Positions 9,007 through 19,875 of a stretch of DNA of 64,000 nucleotides are shown here, one piece after another; the first letter of the stretch is position 1, and the number at the start of each line of letters is the position of its first letter. The stretch comes from Actinomycetes bacterium (GTDB lineage Bacteria; Actinomycetota; Actinomycetes; S36-B12), in NCBI GenBank assembly GCA_014190275.1, contig BJGE01000003.1, positions 10,258 to 74,257 of the forward strand, read 5' to 3'. The translations under genes were made by a program, and so were the position numbers. The notes beneath the pieces are model-generated. The model was not told the DNA's origin. It did not search any database and saw only the letters and a list, made by a program, of their open reading frames with translations.

Positions 9007-10278
9007 CTATATCGAACGGGTGTTCGAATGGCGGCGACACGCCGGTAGCGCCACCACCACCCCAAACCCAATAAGTGGCACCAAGGACGCCCCGCACAGG
9101 GCCCCGTACGAGGCGAAGAGCACTATTACCCCGGCGGCGGCTCCACCCACCCCGCCGGCCACATTCATGATCAGATCCGACAGGCCCTGCGCCGCGGGCC
9201 GGTCGGGAGCGGCTACCTCATCGGTCAGCAGGGTTGATCCGGCGATCAGGGTGCATGACCAGCCCAAGCCCAGCAGGAACAGCCCAATCCCCAATTGCCA
9301 GGTGTTATCGCCCGGGGCTAGCCCGGAAATAACGCAGGCTGCTGCCAAAATGCCGATCCCGATGACGATGACCTGGATTCGACCAAGTCGGTCCACCCCC
9401 CAGCCGACTACCGGCGAAAAGGCATACATGCCAGCAACATGCACGCTAATAACAAAACCAATCAACTGCAGCGAGACGTCAACATGGGCCATGTGGATGG
9501 GAGTCATGACCATGACCATGACCATGACCACGTGACCGATGGCGACCGCTGCGATCCCCAAAATGGCCCTGGGCCGCCCGCGGACGTGACCTAGGGCATC
9601 CTGCAATCTCGGTCGCTCGACAACCCCCGAAATTGCCGCCCTATTCGCCGTTGCGAGCAGATAAGGATCAGGGCGGAGCAACAAGAACAGCACGATCGTT
9701 GCAGCGACCAAAGTGATCCCGGAGATGACATAGGGCCCTGACAACTGCGGTAGCCCAAGGGCCATCCCCACCGAACCAGAAAAATTCAGCAGATTGGGCC
9801 CGAGAACAGCACCGATGGTGCCGGCCCACACCACCCAGGAAAGGGCCCGCGCTCGATGGCTCTCCGGTGCTAGGTCGGTTGCCGAATATCGGGCCTGATA
9901 CCCCGCCGCTGACGCCACGCCGAAAATTAGGCAACCTAGATAGACCAGCGCGAGGCTACGAAGTACCGCCCCATAGATGATTACTACGGCGCCAACCGCG
10001 CCGATCCCAAAACCGGTACTTAGCGCCACCCGCCGACCCCGGCTCAAGGCGATGCGCGCCAACGGTAATGCGATTAAGGCCGACCCGGTGATCGTGAATG
10101 TCTGCGCTAATCCGGCGGCGGCATCTGAGCCAGCGATAGAACCCGCAAGGAGCGCACCAACCGGTACCGCTCCGGCTATGGCAATACCGCTTAGAATTTG
10201 GGCGGTAGACAACACCGCGATGGTGCGTCGTTGAACGGCCGCTACCTGATCCGTGGGAAGAGCCGCCTGGATTATCAA
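9007..10278 (-). CDS. MFS transporter
   Basis: The 423-aa ORF is hydrophobic throughout, with a central cytoplasmic loop and an MFS-like D-R-x-G-R loop (GWGVDRLGR). Its start overlaps the upstream sulfotransferase stop. Confidence 0.85.
   Translation of the reverse strand: MIIQAALPTDQVAAVQRRTIAVLSTAQILSGIAIAGAVPVGALLAGSIAGSDAAAGLAQTFTITGSALIALPLARIALSRGRRVALSTGFGIGAVGAVVIIYGAVLRSLALVYLGCLIFGVASAAGYQARYSATDLAPESHRARALSWVVWAGTIGAVLGPNLLNFSGSVGMALGLPQLSGPYVISGITLVAATIVLFLLLRPDPYLLATANRAAISGVVERPRLQDALGHVRGRPRAILGIAAVAIGHVVMVMVMVMTPIHMAHVDVSLQLIGFVISVHVAGMYAFSPVVGWGVDRLGRIQVIVIGIGILAAACVISGLAPGDNTWQLGIGLFLLGLGWSCTLIAGSTLLTDEVAAPDRPAAQGLSDLIMNVAGGVGGAAAGVIVLFASYGALCGASLVPLIGFGVVVALPACRRHSNTRSI
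9012..9027. promoter_or_regulatory. LexA SOS box (TCGAAC-N4-GTTCGA)
   Basis: TCGAACgggtGTTCGA is a perfect palindromic match to the actinobacterial LexA operator consensus. It lies 145-160 nt upstream of the recA ATG. On the recA strand it is followed directly by TATAGATT, which contains the TAnnnT -10-like hexamer TAGATT. Confidence 0.8.
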
Positions 10279-10982
10279 GACGCGTGGCTGCCATGCTCAA
10301 GGCGTTCAGCTAGCGCGGCCCGAACCGCCTCATCATCGCGCGGTAAGCCCAGCTCCGAATACGCGTCAATCAAGTACTGCGGGTCCACTGACCAATGCTC
10401 ATAGGCAACACCAACCGCCCGTTGGCCTTTGAAGAATTCGTTAAGGTCTGCCACCGCAGCCAGGAGCCATGCCCGCGTCGTTGTTAGTACGTTGAGGGCA
10501 TCTAGATTATCGGGCCACCAGCCACTACGGGCCGCATCAGCGGGCTCGCGCACATTAACCAAGTAGCGCAGGCCCGGAAATAGTCGTCCCAGGAAAATCA
10601 GATGCTGCAGCAATTCGTCGTAGGTCGCGAAGTGCCCTGGTTCGTAGCGCACCTCCTTGAAACCGAGCCAGATCACGTCGCCTTCAGGCTTGAGCAAGTG
10701 GTCAACGACATGTCGACGTAAATCTGCCAAGACCGCGCTCGGCGTCAAACCGGCAGATCCGAACCAGGGGTGGGTTGGCTTGCGGGCGTGATGGCGATCG
10801 GCGACTTCTGCGACCGACTGCAGATAACTGCCGAGCCCCCGCAGCGCTGCGTAATTCTCACCGCGCACCAACACTCCCGGTAACGAGTTAAGGCTGGCCT
10901 GGATTGCCGTGCTGCCGGTACGGCCATAAGTAACAACCGTCACATACGAGTACTCCTTGGGAGCCTCCCGACGTATCCGCAT
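10275..10982 (-). CDS. NodH/Stf0-like sulfotransferase family protein
   Basis: The 235-aa ORF has a PAPS-binding P-loop-like motif TYGRTGSTAIQ near the N-terminus, then GFKEVRY and LVNVREPADAARS blocks arranged as in NodH-type sulfotransferases. The assignment is from memory. Confidence 0.65.
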   Translation of the reverse strand: MRIRREAPKEYSYVTVVTYGRTGSTAIQASLNSLPGVLVRGENYAALRGLGSYLQSVAEVADRHHARKPTHPWFGSAGLTPSAVLADLRRHVVDHLLKPEGDVIWLGFKEVRYEPGHFATYDELLQHLIFLGRLFPGLRYLVNVREPADAARSGWWPDNLDALNVLTTTRAWLLAAVADLNEFFKGQRAVGVAYEHWSVDPQYLIDAYSELGLPRDDEAVRAALAERLEHGSHAS

Positions 10983-10992
10983 GGGATTGACC

Positions 10993-11184
10993 CTAGATCA
11001 AGGCGCTCGGGACCTCAGTAGCCGCGCAGACCGCCCGCCAGATCTCACGGGTTTCGACCCCGGCGGAAATTGCCTGCAGAACCGTGAGCCCAATTCCAGC
11101 TAGGACAAAATCATTTGCCCAAGAACGCGAATACACCGGGCCCAGCACAATATCCATGCGTTCCCAGAAATCGGCGAGGCTCAC
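10993..11184 (-). CDS. DUF3046 family protein (Rv2738c-like)
   Basis: The 63-aa ORF MSLADFWERMDIVLGPVY...REIWRAVCAATEVP resembles the small conserved actinobacterial protein normally found next to recA. Confidence 0.8.
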   Translation of the reverse strand: MSLADFWERMDIVLGPVYSRSWANDFVLAGIGLTVLQAISAGVETREIWRAVCAATEVPSALI

Positions 11185-11190
11185 CGCTGA

Positions 11191-11469
11191 TTAAAGAACG
11201 AACGCCGACACCCGGGCATCAAATCCGCCGGTTTCGGCTTCAGCCATATTCGTACTGACCGAGGAAAGAACGGCCGACAAGGGCACATCGAGGGCGCCGC
11301 AGATAGCCGCCAATAATTCACTTGAAGCTTCCTTTTGACCTCGTTCGACCTCGGACAAGTAGCCAAGTGAGACCGCCGCGGCGGCCGAGACATCACGAAG
11401 GGTGCGACCTTGATCTTGGCGACGACGACGAAGTTCATCGCCGACTACCCGCCGAAGCACGATCATCAC
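11191..11469 (-). CDS. clgR: XRE-type HTH transcriptional regulator ClgR
   Basis: The 92-aa ORF has [45 protein letters not shown], nearly collinear with mycobacterial ClgR as I remember it. The position between pgsA/cinA and recA is conserved. Confidence 0.85.
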   Translation of the reverse strand: MMIVLRRVVGDELRRRRQDQGRTLRDVSAAAAVSLGYLSEVERGQKEASSELLAAICGALDVPLSAVLSSVSTNMAEAETGGFDARVSAFVL

Positions 11470-11553
11470 AACCTCCTTTTCCTAACCTTAACCCAATCAA
11501 GGGAACCCAGCGACTTGATCACTTACTCTACGGTAACCCGTAGCCAACCGTGG

Positions 11554-12036
11554 CTATTCCCCAGCCTGTGTTAATAGCCGCAGCACCAGGGGGAAAACTG
11601 CATGCACCGCCCCCACGCGGATCATTTCGCGGTCCCCGGAGAGCTCCAATCTACCGGTGAGGAGGCGGTCGCTGCGGGCGTCGAACACCGCAATCCACAC
11701 GGTGCCCGGAGGTTCTCCGCCCAACCAGTCCGGGCCGCCGACCCCGGTGGTGCCCACCCCAATGTCGCTGCCGAGCACCCGGGTCGCCGCCCGCGCCAAT
11801 TCAGCGGCGACCGGCTCACTAACCAGGTGCGCAAGCAGCCCGGGGTCCAGCCCTAGCACCTGCTCCTTGACCTCGCTCGCGTACGCAATGACTCCGCCCC
11901 GAAACATGGCCGAACAACCGGGCACCTCGACTATCCGCGCCGCCACTAATCCACCGGTCAGGGATTCAGCCGTGGCAAGGGTGAGCCCACTGTTGATACA
12001 GGCTGCTACCACCTCGGCCGCCGGCAGCGCCATCAT
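11554..12036 (-). CDS. pncC: CinA C-terminal domain protein / nicotinamide-nucleotide amidase
   Basis: The 160-aa ORF has LTLATAESLTGGLVA and GVGGPD motifs of the CinA_C/PncC family. It overlaps pgsA by ATGA. Confidence 0.8.
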   Translation of the reverse strand: MMALPAAEVVAACINSGLTLATAESLTGGLVAARIVEVPGCSAMFRGGVIAYASEVKEQVLGLDPGLLAHLVSEPVAAELARAATRVLGSDIGVGTTGVGGPDWLGGEPPGTVWIAVFDARSDRLLTGRLELSGDREMIRVGAVHAVFPLVLRLLTQAGE

Positions 12037-12656
12037 GATCTGGACCCACTGGAGACAGTTTCTGCCGAAGCGCGAAGTCGCATCGCGCGTACGACGTAAT
12101 CAAGGCCCGTAGCCAAAGTGAGTGCTACGGCAATGGCCATCATGACCATACTCGCGACCGGCCACCAAGATGAGTCCGGAAACTGCAAGAGATACATCGT
12201 GATCGCAATACCTTGTGCAACGGTCTTTACTTTTCCGCCCCGACTGGCCGGTATGACCCCATGTTCAATTACCCAAAAACGTAATGCGGTTACGCCAACC
12301 TCGCGAACCAAAATTACAATCGTGACCCACCAAGCCAGATCACCTAACAAAGATAACGAAACCAGCGCGGCCCCGATCAGCGCCTTATCGGCAATGGGGT
12401 CGGCGATTTTCCCAAAGTTGGTGACCAACCCGCGCCGGCGCGCAATGACACCATCAAGCAGATCGGTTAAAGCCGCGAAAACAAAAACCACGGCTGCCCA
12501 CCAGCGCATAGCCTGGTCATGTCCACCCCCCGCAAATAGCAAGGCAACCATCAGCGGTACACAAACGATCCGGAGCATGGTCAAAAAATTCGCGATATTA
12601 GCGATTGAAGTTCCGGTGACTTGATCGCCAGCGGAATCTGGCTTGGGTGGTCTCAT
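12033..12656 (-). CDS. pgsA: CDP-diacylglycerol-glycerol-3-phosphate 3-phosphatidyltransferase
   Basis: The CDP-alcohol phosphatidyltransferase motif [27 protein letters not shown] is present. It overlaps rimO by ATGA. Confidence 0.9.
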   Translation of the reverse strand: MRPPKPDSAGDQVTGTSIANIANFLTMLRIVCVPLMVALLFAGGGHDQAMRWWAAVVFVFAALTDLLDGVIARRRGLVTNFGKIADPIADKALIGAALVSLSLLGDLAWWVTIVILVREVGVTALRFWVIEHGVIPASRGGKVKTVAQGIAITMYLLQFPDSSWWPVASMVMMAIAVALTLATGLDYVVRAMRLRASAETVSSGSRS

Positions 12657-14116
12657 ACCGGCTCCGCCAGTAAATCCACCCCTTCGGTGTCGACCACATT
12701 CGCGTCAATAAATTCACCGATGCTGCTAACTTCGCCACCTGGCTTCGCGCTGACAATCGTGGCGCCATCATCGGGGCCTTGGTGACCCGCCCGGCCAACC
12801 ACTCGCCCGGTTGGCTCACCGCGCTCATCTACCTCAATCGACTCCACCAGCACTTGGACGCTAGTGCCAATACGATCCTCCGCGCGCTGGGCCATGATTT
12901 CTTCGGCCAACGCGGAGATCATCTCGACCCGCTCACGGATGATCTCATCGGTTAATTTGCCCGTAAAAGTCGCAGCCTCGGTGCCATCTTCATCGCTATA
13001 ACCAAATACTCCTACGGCGTCCAGGCTCTCTTGGTTCAAAAACAGCACCAATTCATCAAACTCTTCCGGAGTCTCACCGGGGAAACCGACAATCACATTG
13101 CTTCTGATGCCCGCTTCAGGGTTCAAGGACCTGATCTGTGCTATCAGCGCAAGAAAGTCCTCCCGCCCCCCGAAGCGGCGCATGCGGCGCAACAGTGAAC
13201 CGCTGGCGTGTTGAAAGGACAGATCAAAATACGGTGCCACCACCGGGGTGCCCGCGATGACCTCGATTAGGCCGGGTCGAACTTCGGCCGGCTGCAAATA
13301 TGCAACCTGTAACCGGCGCAGTGCCGTTTGCTTGCCAATAGCGGGCAACAAGGACTCCATTAAGCGAAGGTCACCGAGGTCCTTGCCGTATGACGTTGAG
13401 TTCTCGCTCACCAAGATGACTTCCTGCACACCTTGGGCCACTAACCAGTTGATTTCCGCAATGATGTCGGCGGCCGGACGGGAGATAAATGACCCGCGAA
13501 ATGTCGGGATCGCGCAAAAGGTGCACCTACGGTCACAACCAGACGCCAGTTTCACCGGTGCCACCGGGCTGCCGTCGAGGCGGCGGCGCAGGATCGGTGG
13601 CTGCCAACCGGGTACATCGACTAACTCGTTTTCGCCATGGCCTGGGATCGCTGCGGCAACCTCAGGGCGAGCTACCGGTGAAATCGGAAGCAGGGTGCGC
13701 CGGTCCCTCGGCTGGTGCGCCTGCGGCCGATCCCCGGCCACGATGGCCCGCAGCCGTTCGGCAATATCTGGGTAATCATCGAATCCCAACACTGCATCGG
13801 CTTCGGGCAGCTCATCGGCCAGATCGCGTCCGTAGCGCTCTGAAAGGCAGCCCACCGCAACCACCGCCTGCGGCCCGCCGAAATCACTCTTCAAGGCCGC
13901 AACACCTAGCACCGCGTCAATGGAATCCTTTTTGGCAACGTCAACAAAGCCACAAGTATTGACCAGTACCGCATCGGCAGTAGCCGGATCTTCGACAATC
14001 AGCCAACCCGCAGCGGTCAATCGGCCAGCAAGTTCTTCCGAATCCACCTCATTGCGAGCGCAGCCTAAAGTGACTAGCGCGACAGTCTGCGGATCGGGCG
14101 ATAAGGCTGGTGGCAC
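12653..14116 (-). CDS. rimO: Ribosomal protein S12 methylthiotransferase
   Basis: The 487-aa ORF has the MTTase N-terminus [12 protein letters not shown], the radical-SAM motif [11 protein letters not shown] and a TRAM domain. Confidence 0.92.
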   Translation of the reverse strand: MPPALSPDPQTVALVTLGCARNEVDSEELAGRLTAAGWLIVEDPATADAVLVNTCGFVDVAKKDSIDAVLGVAALKSDFGGPQAVVAVGCLSERYGRDLADELPEADAVLGFDDYPDIAERLRAIVAGDRPQAHQPRDRRTLLPISPVARPEVAAAIPGHGENELVDVPGWQPPILRRRLDGSPVAPVKLASGCDRRCTFCAIPTFRGSFISRPAADIIAEINWLVAQGVQEVILVSENSTSYGKDLGDLRLMESLLPAIGKQTALRRLQVAYLQPAEVRPGLIEVIAGTPVVAPYFDLSFQHASGSLLRRMRRFGGREDFLALIAQIRSLNPEAGIRSNVIVGFPGETPEEFDELVLFLNQESLDAVGVFGYSDEDGTEAATFTGKLTDEIIRERVEMISALAEEIMAQRAEDRIGTSVQVLVESIEVDERGEPTGRVVGRAGHQGPDDGATIVSAKPGGEVSSIGEFIDANVVDTEGVDLLAEPV

Positions 14117-14164
14117 CAGCCCAGCCTACGGAGGGCCCCGATGATCAAGGGTTAGCGGTACGAC

Positions 14165-14431
14165 TTACCTCGGATTAGCACCAGAGGGACTCGATACTTG
14201 CTCAAATTCAGCCAACAATGCCTCGGGATCTAACCCCAAGCGAGCCGCCAAAACTTTGAGGTGGCCCCGGGCGTATACGTCTGCACCAAAAACATCAAAA
14301 TCACCGGCTTCCATGGCCACCAACATTGACTCGCGAATATTGGTGGCCTCAGCTAAGTCGGCGGTCGTCAGGCCCAACGCCAGCCGGGAGGACGCGAATT
14401 TGCCGCCGAGGGTGCAAGCTTCACCGGTCAC
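14165..14431 (-). CDS. Short RodZ-like / XRE-type helix-turn-helix protein
   Basis: This lies within ORF 14165..14584. An in-frame GTG at 14431 is preceded by GGAAGGAG with a 7-nt spacer. The sequence ..FASSRLALGLTTADLAEATNIRESMLVAMEAGDFDVFGADVYARGHLKVLAARLGLD resembles RodZ N-terminal HTH domains. Confidence 0.6.
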   Translation of the reverse strand: MTGEACTLGGKFASSRLALGLTTADLAEATNIRESMLVAMEAGDFDVFGADVYARGHLKVLAARLGLDPEALLAEFEQVSSPSGANPR

Positions 14432-14540
14432 CCAACTACTCCTTCCAATGCAACATGGCGAGGATAGCGATAAAACCGGGAGGCGGTTTAGGAGAAAACC
14501 AAAATTTGTGGTGGCCATTTGGTGGACATGATCTTGGGCC

Positions 14541-17123
14541 TCAGCCCCCGCCCCTGAGCATCGCAATGATTTCGGGTAATTCATCCGGCCTTACCAGTAC
14601 CTCACGGGCTTTGGAACCTTCGCTGGGACCAACCACCCCGCGGGACTCCATCAGGTCCATCAGCCGGCCCGCCTTTGCAAATCCCACCCGCAACTTACGT
14701 TGCAACATCGAGGTGGAACCGAATTGGGTTGACACCACCAACTCAACGGCCTGGAGCAGCACGTCCAGGTCGTCGCCGATATCGCCATCGACCTCCTTCG
14801 GGCCATTGGTTGCTACGGCCGTGACTTCGTCTAGGTAAACCGCGACCGACTGTGCTTTGCAATGCGCAACTACCGCGCGAATTTCGTTCTCCGAAACGAA
14901 GGCGCCCTGAATCCGCTGGCTCTTGTTCGCTCCCATGGGTAGGAACAATCCATCACCTTGCCCTACCAACTTTTCCGCCCCCGGCTGATCCAAAATCACG
15001 CGACTGTCGGTCAAACTTGATGTTGCGAACGCCAATCGGCTGGGCACATTCGCCTTGATCAAACCGGTGACGACATCCACGCTCGGCCGCTGCGTTGCTA
15101 GCACAAGGTGGATACCGGCGGCGCGTGCCAACTGCGTAATTCGCACGATTGCATCTTCAACATCACGTGGTGCCACCATCATAAGATCGGCTAACTCGTC
15201 AACCACAACCAGCAAGTAGGGATATGTACGCAGAACTCTTTCACTGCCGGCAAGAGCTTCAACCCGACCACTCTTCACAGCCTTGTTGAAATCATCGATG
15301 TGTCGGAATCCATAGAGCGCTAGGTCGTCGTATCGGCGATCCATCTCCTTGACAACCCACTGTAATGCGTCAGCGGCTTTCTTCGGGCTCGTGATGATCG
15401 GTGTGATCAGATGCGGGACACCCTCATACGCCTTCAACTCAACCCGCTTGGGATCGACCAGGATTAAACGCACTTCATCGGGTGTTGCGCGCATCAATAT
15501 CGAAGTTACCAGCGCATTAAGGCAGCTTGACTTTCCTGCACCGGTTGCTCCCGCAACGAGGATATGCGGCATTTTCGCAAGGTTGGCCACCACGAACCCG
15601 CCCTCGACGTCCTTGCCAAGTGCCGCGACCAGCGGATGTTGATCCCCGATAGCGGCCTTGCTCCGCATCACATCTGCGAGCGCGACAAGTTCACGATCTG
15701 AGTTTGGGATCTCGATGCCGATAGCTTTTTTACCCGGAATCGGGCTGAGGATCCGAACATCGGCGCTCGCCACCGCGTAGGCAATGTTCTTGCTCAGCGC
15801 GGTAACCCGCTCGACCTTTACACTCGGCCCCAATTCGATTTCGTAGCGCGTTACGGTGGGACCGCGCATGAATCCGGTTACCTGAGCGTCGATGCCGAAT
15901 TGTTCGAGCACTTCAGTTAATGCCGCAACAACTTGGTCATTGGCCCGGGTCGCAGTCTTATGCTCAGCCCCAGGCCTTAAGAGGTTAGCCGGTGGTAATA
16001 CATAAACGACGCTGCCGGCCAACGGTAATTGCTCAATTAGCCTCGGCGCCCTGCTAGCCGATACCGCATTCACCGGGCGCGCGAGTGCCACCGTATCGTC
16101 GCGGGCCGGGTGGCCAGCGGGCTCAACTACCGCACCCGGTCGCGCAATTGCACCGGTCGGCGCTAGTCCTGCCATAAGGCCAGCCGCCGGCCGGAACTCA
16201 TCCTCGGCAATGGGCGTGATGAAGGGCTCATCCCCCACGAATTCGTCAATAACATCCTCGGTCGTGTCCGCATCAAGGCTCGCAGGTCCCTCGTCCTGTT
16301 CATCCGCGAAGGCACCGGTGCTGCTTGCGGGCCTGATCGGCTTCTTGAACACCGCCCCTAAGGCACCGATACGGGCGATGGAACCAATCCCGGCTCCCAC
16401 CTTGATCCGGACCGCGCGCAGCGATGTCGCGGTTAGGACCAAAACTCCAAAGACCAGTACCAGCACCAAAACTATCCCGGTGACGATTGGACCGATAGCC
16501 GAAACAATGGGCGCGGTCGCGACCCAGCCGATCACCCCGCCCCCGGAGCCCATCGCATCGGCGCCATCACTTGGCGTGGCAGCCCCACCAATCAAGTGCC
16601 AAATACCAACAAGGGCCACGAGTATCGCGGCCCCGCCGATCAGCATCCGGCCGGTGGTGGCTTGGTCGTCAGGGTGGCGTAGGTAGCGCCACGCCAGAGC
16701 CAAAAAGACAATTGGAAGCAAAAAATCCAGGGCGCCAAGAAGCGCCTGACCCAGCATCGCTGCCCAAGAAACAAACCACCCGTCAACCCCGAACCAGGTG
16801 CCGGCAAACAAGACCGCCGCCGCGGCAATAAATGCCAGCGCAAGCCCGTCACGGCGCTGTCCCGGATCTAGGCCCCGCGCCCCGGATCCAATACTTCGAG
16901 CCACGAAACCCACCCCGTGCGCCAGCGCCAGATAGCCACCTCGAAGTGCCCGCCCAACGGCGAAAAACACCCGAGCCACCGGCCCCGGACCACCGAGGGG
17001 GCGCTTGGGCGACCGGGTGCGCCGGCTTGGACGTTTAACTGGGGAAGGTCCGCGACCCGGGCGTGAACGCGCCGGAGCGGACGTGCGGGAAGCCATGCCC
17101 GCAGCGTACCGATCTAAACCCAC
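14541..17123 (-). CDS. ftsK: DNA translocase FtsK
   Basis: The 860-aa ORF has N-terminal transmembrane helices, a linker, the Walker A motif GATGAGKS and a C-terminal gamma winged-helix ([24 protein letters not shown]). Confidence 0.95.
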   Translation of the reverse strand: MGLDRYAAGMASRTSAPARSRPGRGPSPVKRPSRRTRSPKRPLGGPGPVARVFFAVGRALRGGYLALAHGVGFVARSIGSGARGLDPGQRRDGLALAFIAAAAVLFAGTWFGVDGWFVSWAAMLGQALLGALDFLLPIVFLALAWRYLRHPDDQATTGRMLIGGAAILVALVGIWHLIGGAATPSDGADAMGSGGGVIGWVATAPIVSAIGPIVTGIVLVLVLVFGVLVLTATSLRAVRIKVGAGIGSIARIGALGAVFKKPIRPASSTGAFADEQDEGPASLDADTTEDVIDEFVGDEPFITPIAEDEFRPAAGLMAGLAPTGAIARPGAVVEPAGHPARDDTVALARPVNAVSASRAPRLIEQLPLAGSVVYVLPPANLLRPGAEHKTATRANDQVVAALTEVLEQFGIDAQVTGFMRGPTVTRYEIELGPSVKVERVTALSKNIAYAVASADVRILSPIPGKKAIGIEIPNSDRELVALADVMRSKAAIGDQHPLVAALGKDVEGGFVVANLAKMPHILVAGATGAGKSSCLNALVTSILMRATPDEVRLILVDPKRVELKAYEGVPHLITPIITSPKKAADALQWVVKEMDRRYDDLALYGFRHIDDFNKAVKSGRVEALAGSERVLRTYPYLLVVVDELADLMMVAPRDVEDAIVRITQLARAAGIHLVLATQRPSVDVVTGLIKANVPSRLAFATSSLTDSRVILDQPGAEKLVGQGDGLFLPMGANKSQRIQGAFVSENEIRAVVAHCKAQSVAVYLDEVTAVATNGPKEVDGDIGDDLDVLLQAVELVVSTQFGSTSMLQRKLRVGFAKAGRLMDLMESRGVVGPSEGSKAREVLVRPDELPEIIAMLRGGG

Positions 17124-17272
17124 CAGTCCCGGTAGTCACACCTTCCCCATGGGTGCGTGTCGCGATCACCCTTTTGTCCGTTTTCTCCCATCGCCGGCCC
17201 CGAGCACTACCCGTACCGTCCTAAAACATCGTCAAACCCCCGAAACCAAGGGGTCTCGTGCAGTGCGGGCTG

Positions 17273-18952
17273 CTACGCCTCGACGATTACCGGGACGATC
17301 ATCGGGCGCCTGCGATGGGTTCCGCTGATCCACTTGCCCACCCGCCGCCGGACCAGCTGCTGCAGCTCGTGGGGGTCGGTGGCGCCGTGGCGTAGTGCTT
17401 CCTCTAGGGCCTCGCGCACCTGCTCGAGGAGCGGCAACATGGCCTCCTCATCGAGTCCGAGGCCGCGGGCGTGAATCTCCGGACCGACGACAACCTTGGA
17501 ATCGATGAGATCCACCGCGGCAAAAATGGAAATGAAGCCCTCCTCGCCCAGCACCCGTCGGTCTTTGAGCAATGTCTCGGTGACGTCACCGACACTTGAA
17601 CCGTCAACAAAAACGAAACCGACCGGCACATATCCCGTTATCGAGGCCCGCCCATCAACGAGGTCTACGACCACACCGTCATCGGCGAGTAAAATCCGGT
17701 CGGACTCAATGCCGACACCACGGGCAATCTCAGCATTGGCGCGCAGATGCCGCCATTCACCGTGAACCGGCAGCACGTGCCGCGGTTTTACAATGTTGTA
17801 GACATAACGCAGTTCGCCTGCAGCGGCATGGCCTGAGACATGCACCAGGGCATTGCCTTTGTGGATTATTTGGGCCCCGAGTTTCGACAGGCCGTTGATT
17901 ACCCGGAAAACCGCGTTTTCGTTGCCGGGGATAAGTGACGACGCCAGCACGATCGTGTCACTTGGACCGACACTGATCGGGTGATCGCGATTAGCGATAC
18001 GCGAAAGCACCGCCATCGGTTCACCTTGTGAGCCGGTGCAGATCAACACCGTCTCATCATCGGGTAGGTCGGCGAGATCATCAACCGCGACCAACAGCCC
18101 CCCCGGAATCCGAAGATATCCAAGATCACGGGCGATCCCCATATTGCGAATCATTGATCGGCCCACCCACGCCACCTTGCGACCATGCAGGGCCGCCATA
18201 TCGATGACCTGCTGCACCCGGTGAATATGCGAGGCGAATGAGGCCACGATGATGCGACCTTCGGCCCGCAGGAATACCGCGTCGAGCACCGGAACAATCT
18301 CGCGCTCACTTGGGACGAACCCGGGAACCTCCGCATTGGTGCTGTCAATCAACAGCAGGTCAACACCCGCGTCACCAAGTCGTGCGAAGCCATTGAGATC
18401 CGTGATCCGTTTATCGAGAGGTACCTGGTCCATCTTGAAGTCGCCCGTATGCAGCACCACGCCGGCCGGGGTCGTGATGGCCACTGCTAGCGCATCCGGA
18501 ATCGAATGATTAACCGCTAAGAATTCAAGTTTGAAAGGACCCAATTGCTCTTGCTGGCCCTCTTTTACATCAAGTGTCACCGCCTTGATGCGGTGCTCCG
18601 TCAACTTGGCCTCGAGTAGTGCCAATGTAAGCCTTGAGCCAAGAAGTGGAATATCTTCACGCAGGCGCAGTAGATAAGGAACGGCACCGATGTGGTCTTC
18701 ATGACCGTGTGTCAAAACCACACACTCGATATCCGCGAGTCGGTCCTTGATCGGGCCAAAATCGGGCAGGATCAAATCCACTCCGGGCTGGGACTCTTCG
18801 GGGAAGAGCACCCCGCAGTCGACAATCAACAGCCGGCCGTCGAATTCGAATACCGTCATATTGCGGCCAATTTCGCCTAGACCACCGAGGGCGAAAATAC
18901 GTAGGCCGCCACTTGGTAGCACAGGTGGTGCGGGCAAGTCACCCCTGCTCAT
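17273..18952 (-). CDS. rnj: Ribonuclease J
   Basis: The 559-aa ORF has a metallo-beta-lactamase/beta-CASP fold with HGHEDHIG. It overlaps dapA by 4 nt. Confidence 0.95.
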   Translation of the reverse strand: MSRGDLPAPPVLPSGGLRIFALGGLGEIGRNMTVFEFDGRLLIVDCGVLFPEESQPGVDLILPDFGPIKDRLADIECVVLTHGHEDHIGAVPYLLRLREDIPLLGSRLTLALLEAKLTEHRIKAVTLDVKEGQQEQLGPFKLEFLAVNHSIPDALAVAITTPAGVVLHTGDFKMDQVPLDKRITDLNGFARLGDAGVDLLLIDSTNAEVPGFVPSEREIVPVLDAVFLRAEGRIIVASFASHIHRVQQVIDMAALHGRKVAWVGRSMIRNMGIARDLGYLRIPGGLLVAVDDLADLPDDETVLICTGSQGEPMAVLSRIANRDHPISVGPSDTIVLASSLIPGNENAVFRVINGLSKLGAQIIHKGNALVHVSGHAAAGELRYVYNIVKPRHVLPVHGEWRHLRANAEIARGVGIESDRILLADDGVVVDLVDGRASITGYVPVGFVFVDGSSVGDVTETLLKDRRVLGEEGFISIFAAVDLIDSKVVVGPEIHARGLGLDEEAMLPLLEQVREALEEALRHGATDPHELQQLVRRRVGKWISGTHRRRPMIVPVIVEA

Positions 18953-19860
18953 CCGATGAACCCGCTGACCATGCCCGCGGCAAGATCGGCGCGCAAGACC
19001 GCCATTTGCTCTTTGCTGGCATTGACCAAGGGCAAGCGCACCGGGCCGGCGGGTAAGCCAAGCTCCGCGAGTGCTGCTTTGATCAAGATCAATCCCTGGG
19101 TGCGAAATACTCCGGTGTAAACGGGTAACAGACTTTGGTTTATCGTCCGAGCTGCTGCAACATCGCCAGCGGCATACGCGGTGGCCATTTCCTTCAGCCG
19201 ATCACCAACTAGGTGCCCTACCACCGAGATCATTCCCGCGGCGCCGAGTGCTAGCAACGGTAGGTTCAAGATATCGTCACCGGAATACCACGCCAGATCT
19301 GTTCGCGCCATCCCCCATTGGCTCGAATCAAGATCACCCTTGGCATCCTTATAGGCAACAACCCTTGGGTGCTCGGCTATGCGGACCAAAGTCTCAGTCT
19401 CGATAGTGACCCCGGTGCGCTTGGGTATGTCATAGACGACCAGTGGCAGGTCGGTGGCATCAGCAACCGCCTTGAAATGCGCGACAAGCCCTTCTTGTGG
19501 AGGCCGGTTGTAGTAGGGGCTTACCGCCATGACCGCATGGGCACCAACTCGTAGTGCACCTTTGGCGCTGTGCACCGAATGGGCCGTGTCGTTGGACCCC
19601 ACCCCGGCGACCACGGTCGCACGATCACCCACGGCCTGGACCACGGCGCGGATTAAGTCGAAGTTCTCTTCATCGGTCGTGGTGGAAGCTTCACCGGTCG
19701 TGCCATTAATTACTAAGCCATCGTGGGCCAGATTGTCGACCAGATGTGAAGCCAGCCGCTGCGCCCCGTCTAGATCAAGGCTGCCGTCCGGGTGCATCGG
19801 GGTGATCATCGCCGTCAGCATCACCCCGAAGGGCTGGCGAGCATTACTAGGACCGGGCAT
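18949..19860 (-). CDS. dapA: 4-hydroxy-tetrahydrodipicolinate synthase
   Basis: The 303-aa ORF is DapA/NAL family, with GTTGE and the Schiff-base lysine context VAYKDAKGD. Confidence 0.94.
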   Translation of the reverse strand: MPGPSNARQPFGVMLTAMITPMHPDGSLDLDGAQRLASHLVDNLAHDGLVINGTTGEASTTTDEENFDLIRAVVQAVGDRATVVAGVGSNDTAHSVHSAKGALRVGAHAVMAVSPYYNRPPQEGLVAHFKAVADATDLPLVVYDIPKRTGVTIETETLVRIAEHPRVVAYKDAKGDLDSSQWGMARTDLAWYSGDDILNLPLLALGAAGMISVVGHLVGDRLKEMATAYAAGDVAAARTINQSLLPVYTGVFRTQGLILIKAALAELGLPAGPVRLPLVNASKEQMAVLRADLAAGMVSGFIG

Positions 19861-19875
19861 GGGTCAAGGCTATCG

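Noticed and set aside
11528-11543. The inverted repeat ctacgg-taac-ccgtag between the CinA-like gene and clgR, considered as a terminator or ClgR operator
   Set aside because: It has only a 6-bp stem and no T-tract on the transcribed strand. It does not resemble the ClgR operator patterns I recall (CGC-N5-GCG type). It is too weak to call.
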